Shown here: piece by piece, positions 11,455 to 30,866 of the stretch
Position numbering within the stretch: position 1 is the first letter of the stretch
Layout: each line of letters begins with the position of its first letter
Made by a program: the position numbers and the translations under genes
Notes under the pieces: generated by a model
The model's input: the letters and a program-made list of their open reading frames with translations, nothing else
The model's database searches: none
Told to the model about the DNA's origin: nothing
Assembly: GCA_907165135.1 (NCBI GenBank)
Contig: OU015568.1
Span: 11,346,001 to 11,410,000, forward strand
Length of the DNA: 64,000 nt
DNA from: Oikopleura dioica
Lineage: Eukaryota > Animalia > Chordata
Direction: 5' to 3'

Positions 11455-14340
11455 CTAATGACCTCTGGTAAAGTATTCTTTTCTCGTTTGCTGAAATATA
11501 TTTTTAAAATTCGCCGGTCGGATCAGCATTACCCATAAGACTTTGAGTCTATACAACTGGAGCATCACAACGAGTAGATTTTTGAGCGTGAAAAAGATCA
11601 TCATTTGTGATCGGATTCCAAGTTGGAAGATGAAGTAGCATCGTGCGACGCAGAATGGCAAATCTTGAATGAACAAGGTCATCAACATTCCCCACACGTC
11701 GGGGTTCTGGAAGAAGCCCTGGCAGCAGCTTCCGCAACATCTACAATTTTTTAAACGCTCTGATGCTTATCGGCGACTTACTGTTCTGTATCTCGCCGCG
11801 TGTTGTCTGAGGTAGTCGCTACGTCTTGCTTTCTGGCGGTCGATGCGGTAAGGACAAAGTTGAACTGCATCAGCGACCAAGCCCAGACGGACCAGATCAT
11901 GTAGTGAAGAATAGCGCTGCATTCTGAAGGGTCTCCTTCTTCGATCGTCTCTGAGACAAATTCGAGGATATCTGCACCAGTTCCAATGAAAACTAAGAGA
12001 AGCTGGGAAAGCTGCTCTCGGGAAATTCCTCCTCGGGGGAGCATCCATCGGCCAAGAACGAGGAAGAAAAGTAAAACCTATCATTTGTTAGACCCGATAG
12101 CAGCGAAAAGGCTTAACCTGATGAAGGCCTAGAATCCAAACTCCTTCGTCAAAATTACTCGTCAAGTCGCGAATCAATTCTCCACTGTTGGCGATGCCTT
12201 CTTTGAGATTGAAGTTGATATCATGGAGGACATCGAGCGCGTCATCCTTAAAACGATGATCTCCAATCAATGGCGGGGTCGAACTTGGTGTTGGGACGGC
12301 CGCTTTCGAGGTAGTTCTAAAAATGAAAGATTCTAACATAGAACTTGCGGAAGAAGAGAGTTAACTTTATCGCCAAAAGGCGCCGCAGAGTCCCGCTGTC
12401 TCTGTAGCGATTTATAACCAAACGCCAGGAAGTAGATTTATCATTAATTTAAAAGGACTCGTTTCCTTCAAAAGTGAGCTGAGTTCTTCCTTGGTGTCTT
12501 AAATCAACACCTGATTAAATTATCTACGGACAGGTACAGCAGTCGCGGAGTTCAGAACTGTTTACAATAGGTTACTTACGTGGAGAAAGCGTCAAGGTCG
12601 GAAGAATTGACATTGATAGAAAGAACATCGCGGCGCTGTCTCAACTCGACTGCGGGCTCAGTGCTAAACCGTGATTAGTTGTCTGCCTCGTTTATCTATT
12701 AACCAGTTAGAAATCTAAATATAACACCACAGTCTCGGCCACATGCTCCATCAAAGGACTCACTATCCGTCTAACTCGCGTTAGACAAATTCGACTATCA
12801 TCTACTGTAATCACCGATATATAACAATCAAGAAAACAAATTGATAATTCTGTTTAATTATCAACCCTAGCTTTTTGAACACCTACAAAAACAAATACAG
12901 TACACTCGCACAATTTGGCCCTTTTTTGTTTTTGCGATATGTCGAAAAAGGGCCGAATTGTGCGGGTCCGAATTGTGCGACTTCCGAAAAAACTTTTTTA
13001 AGCCCCGGTTGATTAACTGTCAGTTGATGTTGTTTTTGCTAGTTTTAAGAAGTTAATCTTTTTAACACTAGTAAACTTTGTTTCTTGTGTTAAAATTTGA
13101 TGTGAAAAAGCTCGAATGGATAGTCTCATAGGAAATGATGCTCCTTTCCCACTGAATCGCTCCTTTTTCACTCGAACTGAAACGCCGATCATCGCCGAAT
13201 AGTCGAAGTGTTGGTCATGTGAAGTTAAAGGTGACAAGAAAGCCTGTCCATGAATGGATTTCAGTTCGTTCCTATTTTTGAAATCTGCTAAACACGCACA
13301 CTCATTCACTCTGATCCTCGAAAAGGGATGTAAGATACCTAGAGATAGAGTATTTCTAGCGCTTTTTTTTCAAAATGAACGAGAGAAAAACCAAGCCATG
13401 TACCTTTGGTCAATGAAAATCTTTTCAAAGCTCCTGTCAAATGAGCTCTGGTTAATTTTAGAGTAGTATCTTGAAAGAGTTAGTAAAGTTTAAAGAAAAA
13501 TTTTTACTTACTCTTGACAATCGGATTTCTGAAGCTGGTAGAATTGATCGAATTCGAGCATGACCATCGAAGGGATGATTGATATCAGGTAGAAGAAGAC
13601 GGAAGGGCAGAAGTACTTGTAGTCTTCTCCGCCTCGTTTGTACAGGGTGATGAAGGTTTCGAAGAAAAGTAATACTAGACCAATAATATTGCTTATTCAG
13701 GTTTTCATGTGATTTGAAATGCATTCCGTTACCAAAGGGGATAATCGAATTTAGGTTTATTTATCGAAAATTACTAGTTCATTAAAAAGTCTGACCTAAC
13801 ACAATCAAAAGAATGTTATGGCCTTTAAGAATTAAATCTTGAAGACCAATTCCTGTATGGCATCCACCAGGGCATCGAAACATCATCAAGCGTATTCGCT
13901 GCCGAAAGCATCACCCTAGAAAAGGCGATACTCGCATGCGCTGCAAACATGATTCGCACGAGGATAGCTTTTATCAGCGGCGTTAACTCAGTTGTTCTCT
14001 TCTTTTTACGGCGCTTTTTATTTCCAGCTGATTTTGTCTAAATGCCTTTTATTGGTACACTGTTCACACAGCGGATGAATGGGTAATGGAATTTAGTGTT
14101 TTTGGTGTAAATCTACTTACGGATTGAGAAACGACAGTTCCATTTGTGGCATCAGTTGTTCGGCTCTTCTGGAGAAGTTTTGGTTTTTCCGTCACGACGA
14201 AAGCTTTCTCTGAAATTTATTTTTGAAAACATGAAGTTCATTGACCCTAGAAGCAGGTCTCTATTCAAGTTACCTGATTGGGAACGATCTGATGTTGTAA
14301 GTGTCGTTTCTGCAATAAGGGTGACCTGTTCTTCGGACAT
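11455..14340 (-). CDS. TMEM26: Transmembrane protein 26 family
   Basis: Spliced product contains [82 protein letters not shown] and FFTLKNLLVVMLQLYRL, all TMEM26 hallmarks. About 1.2-kb intron 12.3-13.5 kb; one junction near 13820-13855 unresolved. Confidence 0.9.
12907..12979. repeat. Intronic hairpin / small MITE remnant
   Basis: cgcacaatttggcccttttt (12907-12926) pairs with aaaaagggccgaattgtgcg (12945-12964); ccgaattgtgcg is duplicated at 12968-12979. Confidence 0.75.
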
Positions 14341-15329
14341 CTTTAATTTTTTGAACTAAATATTCTTTTAGATTGAATAAAATGGAAATAAGGTCTTGTC
14401 TATTTGTAGTTACATTCTGAAAAAATAGCCATGATGACTTGAGTCTTCTATGATTTCAAAAGTTTATTCTCTTTGATTCTTATCTCTGTAATTCGGCTGA
14501 AGTTTTCAATTTACCTATTGTTAGGAAGAGGGAGGATAAAGTAAGGCGCTCGATTCCGTGGAAAAGGACACAAGAAAGGCCGAAGAAGGAAGCCGAACTG
14601 GGCAAACACGCCGCCTATCGAGAGAGGTACCCTACTCAAAACTAGAGAGAATACCCAAGGAAAGAAACACGGGCCCGTCCATAAAACTAATGACTAAACA
14701 GGCGACACTCGATTCTCTGTTTTTATTTTCAATCAAAATCAAGGACAAATGTTTGTGCGCTTCATTAATTTTTTAACACAGAAGGCCCTTTCTTGGCAGA
14801 AGATTTGTCTACGTTTCTAATAAATCTCGTGTATTACAGTAATCTTGGATTTATGAGCCTTTCTTCTTTATCCATACCTTTATTGTCGAAGAGTTTCTTT
14901 GTTCAAATTATCAGTTTGATTCTCTTTTCGTTTTTTTTTCTCAATTTTTTGCGGCGTAATAAACAAGGACTCTAGCGGGCGAGTTTGATGCTCTCATGAA
15001 CTTCAATACAATAAAACAATAGGTCGTTAGTGACTCGCCCAAGAAATTCCGATGTCTTATAATTTATAAAAGACTCAAAATAAATTTAAACTAAGGAGAT
15101 CATCTGAATTTGCCTTGGCCGGCAGCTATTATTCTCAATCGAAGAGAATTCTTCAATCGTAAAAATGATGGGCTCTCTCAACACTTATGAATTATAAAAC
15201 ATTTATGTTCTCTACTTATACTGGTAGTTATTTCTCTAGAACAGCGATGAAAATAATTAAAAATAATCGATTAAAACAGTTTGTTTTGACCAACTTTGAA
15301 CTTTGTAAAATTGCAAATTGACAGAAGCC

Positions 15330-16125
15330 ATGGTTGATAAAAGAATGAAAAGAAGATTGGAGATAGAATGGAAAGAACTCCAGAAGCATCTTCAACAAGT
15401 ATGCTTGGGAATTGTGCATCTTATTTCAAAAATGAATTCAGTTCTGTGAAGGAAAAGACCCTATTACGGTCAAACAACTAGCACCAGAGCTGTGGAAGGT
15501 GTCTTTCCTGGGTCCGAAACAGCCACTGAAAAGGGTGCCGCAAAAAGGACCACTTCCGAAAAAGGACCGTTCGATTAACTTCAACATTGAATTTCCCGAA
15601 GATTGGCCATGCAAGCCTCCGCTTATGTACTCTACGGATAGAGAGGACTATCCGTATCTTCTTCCAGGAAATCATGCCCCTTTCGATATTCTCAAGTAAG
15701 GGAAAACTTTGTAACCCTTTTATTAGGTATTCTTTAGGGCAAATTACGCCGCAGCAATGACAATTCTCTTTCCAATCCTCGGAATATACTTTCTAATCAA
15801 CGGTAATATAGCTACTGAATCAAATGCGGCCGTCCAACAAAAAGACAACCGGCGCCAACCCAAACAAGCAAGAGCGACTCAATTTATTCCATTGCCGAGT
15901 TGCGCTTATGATGCTCTCCGGAAGATCTATGCTGATAACCAAGTCATGGTAGTTGTTTGCAACTCCTTTCAGATGACAGTCGAGCAAAGAAAAAAACGAA
16001 AAGAATTAGCAGAAGTCGATCAGAAAATCGAGGAACAACGAAAGCGAAAGTTATCTATCGAAGAAAATATAAGAGAATGCCAGGCGAAGAGAGAGAATAT
16101 TGAAGAGACCCGAACTTCCTTGTGA
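15330..16125 (+). CDS. Ubiquitin-conjugating enzyme variant (UEV/pseudo-E2) with C-terminal coiled coil
   Basis: MVDKRMKRRLEIEWKEL ... LWKVSFLGP ... FNIEFPEDWPCKPP ... GNHAPFDILKANYAAAMTILFPILGIYFLI follows the UBC fold order; HPN is YPY and the catalytic Cys position is Pro (15679-15681). GT-AG introns. Confidence 0.75.
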
Positions 16126-16689
16126 CTCGAGAATAAACAAAAAAATTTATTTGCTACCACTTCGATTTCATGAGTGTTGAACATTTGTTTTAAGAGAATT
16201 TATCAAAGTTTCTGATCGCAACTGATCGACTTCGATTGAGTCTTCGTCAGTGGATTTTTAGCGAAGTTAGGGTTTGGTTGTTAAAGTTTGATGAGAACTT
16301 TCCATCCATTTATGGAAAGCTGACTGAAGTACTCATCAGAATTTAAGATGAGTCTTCTTCATTGGGTCAGTCGAAAGATGGTGTTAGATTTATCTACACG
16401 AACGTTCGGTTAGCAAATATTGCGAGTAATCATCCCCAAAGAAGCACGGTAAAAATAATGCCAGGTGGTCTTATTCCAACCGCTGTTATGGTGCTCAAAA
16501 GAATCATTTATTTGGAAACTATTCTCATACAAGTAGAAAAAAAAAGATTTATTTTCCAATTCGTAGGCTTTTAAATTCATCGATCTCATTCTTAAAATGT
16601 AACTTATGCATAGATGCAAGACCATGATGTTTTCTTTCGTTGAATGAAGTTTGAACCAGTTGAACTGTGAAAGTAACATGTAACCATTC

Positions 16690-19270
16690 TCACGCGATGT
16701 AAGCGTATTTCGTTGCACAGTTCGGATCTCGCTCGATAAAATCTCGGTCGATCAAATGCTCGATTCTCTTCTTTAGGTCTGGAGGCGAAATCGGGAATTT
16801 CAACTGCTCGAATAGCGCTGCCATAAGTTCCGGATGCGATAATGTCTAGTTTTAGTTGTAAAGAGATCCTTGAAAGTTTTTCACTCGCCTTTTTCGATTT
16901 CATGATTCTGACAATAGCAGCGTCGATTTGAAGCTGTCGATCTTGGAATATCTGCTCAGTCGTTTCTCGGTTCTCCTCAACGGTTTCTTTGATTTGCACC
17001 TGGTTTATTTTCATTTTGTACAGTTTGTAGGTGAAATCCGGATTCCAACGGAACTTGTCGCTTTCTTTTATCTCTTTCCCTGCAACGTTGTGATGGGTAA
17101 TGGTGGCGACTAGCTCATTTACCTTTGCTCTCTTTCAATAAAATTCTAGCTTTCGGATTGCAGCTCAAAGAATGAAGCTGCCGACGCATTGTTAGATTAT
17201 CCATGTTTGTTGCTTCCTTGATTTCGCTGTAAGTGAGGCTATCCGCGCGATTGAAAAGCAGCAAAATAATTCCCTGCGCTAGTGACACCTAAAAATGCTC
17301 ATTGATCATTGAATTATGTTCAAGGTTACCTGAAGCTCATGTTTTCTGGGCTTGCAATCCGCCCTCGTGTAATTGGCGATAATGAGGAGGGAAGAATTGT
17401 AATGGGCGAAGGTAAGCTTGCGCTGGTGGTGCTTCATCGAGTAAAATTTGCGGAAATGCTCTTGAAGGTTCATAAATGAGTCGGGAATGTTGCAGACCAA
17501 CGGCTGCTGGTCCCAGTTGCCAGTTGTCAGGATATTGACACTCAGCTCGATGTCCTGAATAGTGTTTTTAACAAATCTTTCAACGAGAGGGTCTCTACCG
17601 TGTCAGGACACTTTGGAGTCGCCTTGTACTGGACCATCACTTCTCTCGATAACTCAATGTCTTTGAACATCCCTTCGAGCTTCTGAGTAAATTGTCCGCC
17701 GCACTCTTCCTTCAGTTTCGAAAGCATCGCCTGGAATACGAAATGAATATATGTCTTGCTCGACAAGTGAACCTACCTTTTCTGCATCATCAGAAGCTGA
17801 TCGACTGTGGAGAAGACGCTTGGAAAGATCCGCTTTATAAAACTTTTCAAAAACGTCCTTTCCGTGAATCAGTCGGAAGAGCGACATTATTTCATCTAGT
17901 TTTTTGTCCAGTCCAGCATCATCAACCGCTAGAAAATAAATTAGAGAAAAGATCGAAGGAATTTGTTTTACCTTTATTTCCTGACTTCATCAATCCATCA
18001 ACATACTTTGCGATCAGCTCCGCCGGTCGATTCTTTCTCACATTTATTATATATTGGAGGGCGTCCTGTATCGTTGAATGAAGCAGGGTTTGACTGTTGA
18101 AGCACTCTTTCCAAATATTGTAGACGTTCGTCTTGAATTCAAGCATTTCCAGGACCATCGTGCTGTCTTTCTCGGGATTAACCACGATAGAGCTTCCTTG
18201 GCTGCGGACATAGTGGTTCAACTCTTCTTTTAGCGCAGCAAGTCCGTTTGCATCTCGCTCGAAAATTCTTAAAAATCAAGATTAACGCCCCAAGTTTTAA
18301 TAAAAAACCACCTGTATAAGCGCTTCAAATCGTCAACCCGCTTATCGAGCATCATCGAGCTCAAGCCTCTACTGGCAATTGAGTGTAAATGATCACCAAT
18401 GAGCTTGATTTCGCAGACGCTCAGAAGTGGTCTAACTGTCGAGCTCTCCAGATAGGAGTTGGCGCGTTTTTCTTCCTCTTCCAAGCTTTTTTCCACGTAT
18501 TTTAGGTACTCGGGTACTTCCATCGTGTCGAGTTTATTGCGCGAGTCTTCTTGATAGAGTTTTTGGGTCTCTTCGTAGAGAGCTGTTTCGAAGTCGCCAT
18601 AGTAGCGGACTGCGCTCAACATGCCGATCAGTGGCTTCAACAGGCTGCGTTCTATCTATACGAATAAGCAGAAATCGACAGCAAGAATCAAATCAAACTT
18701 ACCAGTTCTCCCTTTCGCTCCGCATGGATTAGTTTCATCAAACCAGCGATGGTAGCATGCTTGATTTTCCTCGTCAAAATGACATCACGAAAGATGTCGA
18801 TTCCAGTATCCCAGAGGCCTCCGTTTTGACTTTTTCTGTCAAGTTTGAGGAATAAATTGATGATTAGCGTGAAGGCCTTGCAATGATCGTACCAAATACT
18901 GTTGAGTAAATTTAAGAAGGGAGTTATATCCGCCAATGAGACGCTTTCTAGTCGATACAGTTGTGTTCTCGTGTGATCTTCGCACACCTTTCTCAGTTTC
19001 TAAGTCAATTTAAACAAAGAAAAACACGAAAATGAGTCTTACAAGATGAAGATTTCGCGCTAAATCCTTGTGCCCATCAACCAAATTCGCGACAACTTGA
19101 TTGAGCCTTTCCAAGCTAAACTTTCTGTACGAATCTTTGGTCTGTATCGCCTGAACAGCTTCCTCGAGCATGACCCAGCTCTCATTCTCATAACTCTTCG
19201 GTAGCTTCTTCGGACCGGACCAGTTTCTGATCACCAGTTTTTTGTTGCCAATCTGCGGCTCAAATGCCAT
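16690..19270 (-). CDS. CUL4: Cullin-4
   Basis: N-term [11 protein letters not shown]...W..L.EAV; [18 protein letters not shown]; C-term [15 protein letters not shown] ... [17 protein letters not shown] ... YIA*; multiple short introns including one GC-AG (16846-16888). Confidence 0.95.
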
Positions 19271-19403
19271 TTTTCCCGAAATTCAACTTTCAGTTTAACA
19301 AAAATATGATCTGAAAGCAAAATTGTAATTTTAAGTGTCGTTGTATTGCTGCTCTTAACTGTTTTTACTAATAATAAATACAGAAATAAGGTACAGTACA
19401 ATT

Positions 19404-21724
19404 TTAAGCAGCAAACTCGCTCAAAATCAAATCCTTCATTTTCGTCTCGACGATCTTCTTTCTCTTTTCCTTTCTTTCCTTTGCCTTGTCCTTTGTCGCC
19501 TGGTCGATGACGGCACCTGCGTCCTCCCTCTTCTGCGCCCACTTGAGGTCATCTCGTCCAGTCAAGAAGTCCGTCGGCTTATCCCGAATTCCGAAGCTCT
19601 TGGCAATGTGGCCGAGGTGCAACTTTTTGATGTGGAAGATTGGCTTCAATTCTGATGGATACGCGGCGTATGAACGGATAAACGAGCAATAACCCTCGAT
19701 TGCCAATTCTCGCAGACTGTTTATAGATATGTTTGTAAGTTACAACAGATCGATTTGTTGGAGTAGTTACCTGTCATTTTGAGAAATATACTCCTCGATT
19801 TCGTTCTGAAAGGCGGCTGCTTCTTCACGCATTTGTTGTTCTGAGTTCTTTTTGTTACTGAAGACGACTTTCAAAATATCCTCAACATCCGACTGGTCCC
19901 ACTGACCAGCTCCAACAGCAGCAACGGCGGATAAAAATCCAACTGAAAAAGGTTCATCAGTTGACCATTTTTCATGAAAAATTAACCTTCAGTAGGCAAT
20001 AAGAAAAGCAACGATTGTCCTGTATCTCCTTTTCTGGCAGTTCTACCGACTCGCTGAACATATTCTCTCGCACTTCCTGGTGGCGAGAACTGAACGATCG
20101 TTTCCACATTCGGCAAATCTAATCCTCTAGAAGCCACGTCTGTAGCAATCAAAACCGCTGGAAATCACTGTTTAAAACTACTTCGATGTTTTCAGCTAAC
20201 CTCTTTCAGCCTTCAAAAACGAGTTCATATTTTCCACTCGTTCTTTTTGCTCCATGTTTCCATGAAGTCGATGCGTGAGCATTTTCATCTTCCTCGGGAA
20301 TCCAATTTTCGAAAAGATTTCAAACAAAAAGTTGACTTCTGCCATCGTATTTACAAACACAAGCGTTTTCTTTTTCTCCAAAATTGCTGACGCAAGGCAG
20401 ATTAATCGAAGCTAATCAAAAATATAAACCCCGAAATCTACATGTGACTAATAACCTTTGGTGGGATGACAACGACTCTCATTTGAAGCGTATTCGGAAT
20501 CGCAAACTTTTCGTTGCCCCCTTCATTCTCATCGAGCACGATTCTCTTCGGATCATCAAGCGCCAATCCAGCCAAACTTTCAACATTTTCACTCAGAGTT
20601 GCGCTCAAAAGAACATTCTGCAGCTTTGTTTCCTCCAATTTTCGCTCTTTCAAAAGCATAATCACGTGTTTGATCTTCTCCATGTATCCCATTTCCAGCA
20701 TTCTATCTGCTTCGTCCAGCACCAACATTTCCAGCGCTGGCATTTTCTTCAAACAGCCGGTTTTCTCGAGATGATCGATCAGGCGGCCAGGGGTGCTGAT
20801 TAAAATGTGGCTTCCCTTGCGCAACCTGGCTTTTTCCGAGTTTCGATTTTGTCCACCGGTTAGTTCGCAAGCTACAATCTTTGTACAAGCCCTGGTTAAT
20901 TGAACAGCAGCTTTGTAGGTTTGACCGACGAGTTCTCGAGTAGGAACGACGATAACGGCCATGACGCCAGATTTACGATCGAGATTTTCCATTTTCATTA
21001 ATTTATCGAAAATAGGTAGCATGTAAGCAAGCGTCTTTCCAGAACCAGTTTGAGAACGAATCAGGGTGTCTCCGCCTTCCAAGATCTGAGGAATCGACTT
21101 TTGCTGGACTAGAGTCGGCGACTGGAGCTTAAAAATCGTCGTCAAATTTCCAACCAAATGGGGGTGTATTTTCAAACTATCGAATCCAACAATGTTGTTG
21201 AACAAATCTTCTCGATGGACCGTTCTTTGGGCTGGAAGCTCAATTTCATCAGCATCTTCGTCGAAGAGATTTCTAGCAAGACTTTGCATATTTGAAAACT
21301 TCCCATCAAACTTTCGCACGTAATTTTGATCCTTGTCCGCTTCAAGGAGCTTCTTCTTTTTGAACCGAGATTCGCTTGATTTTTGCTCAGGTTTTCTTTT
21401 TAGTGCTTGTTTGTCGCTAGAACTGTCAGGCACTGTACTTTTGTCAGAAGAAGACTGAGAGTTGAATGGTTTCTTATTTGTTGTCGTGCTTGGCTAAAAT
21501 GATCTTCTTTTCGAAGAATGGGGAAAGGAAGTTACCTTTTTGATCATTCCGTGTTTTTCCAGAAGTTTAGTCGCTTTTGCCTTTTTTCGTTCATACTGCG
21601 CCTTTTGCTTCTTTCTCTTCGCCAGAAGCAGTTCTTTTCGATTTTTGTTCTTCTGTTGACTGTTTTTACGCGACTGTGATGGCAGTTTGATTTCATCGTC
21701 GAAGTCCAAATTCAAGTCAATCAT
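19404..21724 (-). CDS. DDX31: DEAD-box RNA helicase DDX31/DBP7
   Basis: Q motif, [37 protein letters not shown]-terminal [15 protein letters not shown] ... SEFAA*; canonical introns. Confidence 0.92.
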
Positions 21725-22233
21725 TCTCTGAACCCTAAAATGAGTTTAGTTTAGCCAATTATTCAATAATCATTATAGCTAATTTACTATTTACCTTTAA
21801 AATGCCACTGGCAAACACTGTTTCTTTTGTGAAGGACAAAATAAGACTTTTCTCTTTTGCTGTTCAATTTGAAGAAAAACGCAGCGGCCGGGACTTTCAA
21901 TTCAGTCGCTTTCAAATTTTGCGCTTTCGGCTGAAGTTGGAGTTTGGCGCGCGTGTGAATTCAGCCCGCTTGAGGGAAAAATTGATTCATCGAAGTTGAG
22001 GAAAAATGACTCAGGCGCACAAACTGGCACCAATCGTGGCGCTCGGTCACGCGAAAAAATTATTTTTGTAATTTTGGGATTTTTCATTTTTGACTGGCTT
22101 TGATCAGAGAATCGCAATTTTGTGTGTTGTATTGCGTTTGTGATGTTTTATGCGAGGGAATCCGATGTTCTCGTGAACAGTTACGAAAATTCAAACTAGT
22201 TATTAACAGTTGTTGATTTCAGAAAGAGAATAA
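21725..22233. promoter_or_regulatory. Bidirectional promoter region with E2F-like sites
   Basis: 509 bp between divergent ATGs; TTTGGCGCGC at 21943-21952 and CGCGAAAA at 22050-22057; acceptors ttcag close to both ATGs. Site function is inferred. Confidence 0.5.
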
Positions 22234-27693
<5,460 letters not shown>

Positions 27694-27898
27694 AAAAATT
27701 AATAATTACATGTCTCGATTGCTCTTTTCCTGCCTTTTTCATCAAGATGAAAAAACAATAACATTCATCCATTGACTCTTTCCTCATTTAACTTGATCAA
27801 CTTATCTCTATTTCTTTCCTGCAATAGCCCCCTTTGAAATGTAAATAAGCCGATCTGCTCTAATATGACCATGAACTTATTGTACCGTCTATCCTTAA

Positions 27899-29202
<1,304 letters not shown>

Positions 29203-29443
29203 AGATAGCGCCCTTAGATTGTATTACAAAAAAGATGCGTTAACCAGAACTGACAACCGTTTAGTGAAAATTTTACTCATGAACCGATTACCACTGCCTA
29301 AAGATCGCTTCAGTTGATCCCCTCTTAAATTTAACCCTTATTGATCTGTCCTATTGTAAGTTCCTGAAATTTAATTTTGGAATATCTCCGCTGAAAAGCG
29401 TCGAGTACTGTAAATATTTTACCTTCAAAATATTGAATTTAGA

Positions 29444-30708
29444 ATGGTCGCTGCTACTGAAAATGGCAAGAAAGTCGTTCGACAGGTCGAGTACTACTTC
29501 GGCGACCTGAATCTCCAGCGAGATACATTTCTCATGGACGAAATGAAAAAGGACGAAGGCTGGATTTCACTTGATACCATGATGAAGGTTTGCAGCTATC
29601 TCTTTCCCAAACGCTTTACTTTTTTTAAGTTCAAAAGGTTAGCCGAAATCGTTGACAACAAGAAGGAAGGTGTCACCGCTGCTCTCGAATCGATCGGAAC
29701 TGATTTGATCGAAGTTTCTGAAGATAAAACCAAGATCCGACGAGTCACCAGCAAACCCATCCCAGTCTACGATGATAACTACAAACGACTTCAGAAAAAT
29801 CGAACCGCTGCTGTCAAGGTAATCCTTGATTTCTTGATGTTTTCTGAACGGTTCCTAGGGACTTGGTAAAGACGAGACTCTTGACAAGCTCCAGGATTTC
29901 TTCGAGCCATACGGATCCGAATCAATCTATATGATGAGAAATAGAGAAACAAGCGAGTTCAAAGGAACTGCTTTTGTTACCTTCAAGACTCAGGAAGACA
30001 TGGACAAGTTCATGGCTGAAGCTGAGACCAAATACAATGATGTGGTCCTTGAGAAGCAGTCAAAGCAGAACTACTACGACAGCAAAAGTGGCAAAGAAAA
30101 GAGTAAGCGTATTCATCGAAAATCTTTCTTTATGCTTGATAATTAGAGCCCGAGAAGAAGGCTAGAGAAGAAGACACTGACGCGGTCAACCGAGTTATCA
30201 AGTTTACTGGAGTCACCGACGATACCGTCGGCCGTGAAGAGATCATTGAGGCACTCAAAGGCTCTGTTGACTTCACTTGCTTCGAGCGAGGCAATACCGA
30301 AGGTATCTGCCTCTTGAACCAGGGCGAGTCTGCCGCTACTATTGTCGGTGCACTCGAGAAGAACCCAGGTATGTCCTCTCCTATTGAATTTGGTTGTCTA
30401 TTGATATTTTAGTTAAAATCCGAAGCGCCGAGGAAGTTAAATTTGAAGCTCTTGAGGGCGAGGTCGCTGAAGGAGCAGTCAAGAAACTGAAGGTAGAGAA
30501 ATAATAATTTTTAACTTGCTAACTTGTTTTCAAGGACGAACGAGAGGCACTCTTTGCTCGATTAAAGAGCCGTGGTGGTGGTAAAGGACGTGGTCGAGGA
30601 CGTGGAGGCTTTGGCGGCCGCGGCGAGCGAAAGCCAAAGAACACGAAGACTACTTTCAACGATGATGATGAGCCCGTCGCTAAGAAGGCCAAAGCTGAAG
30701 GAGAATAA
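29444..30708 (+). CDS. SSB: La protein (La motif + RRMs)
   Basis: RQVEYYFGDLNLQRDTFL, EVSEDKTKIRR, RNP1 FKGTAFVTF, second RRM, RGG-rich tail. Confidence 0.92.
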
Positions 30709-30866
30709 TGAGTTAATATGCCTGTAATATCTTGAATGTTCTTACGACCCCTGTGAACTGGTTAATGACTGCCAACTTTGAACCATCCGACCTGACCATC
30801 GTGGAATTAGGAAAATAAATAAAACGTTGATCGGCGAGCTAATGTTGTTGTTTTCAGCAGGTCGAA

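Noticed and set aside
13823-13853. 31-nt GG-AG intron in TMEM26
   Set aside because: It is the only phase-compatible solution I found, but it is very short and homology does not clearly support it; a local indel is equally possible.
14520-15170. Possible upstream exons with a PWWP-like LPWPAAII motif
   Set aside because: Could not build a continuous spliced frame or a start codon.
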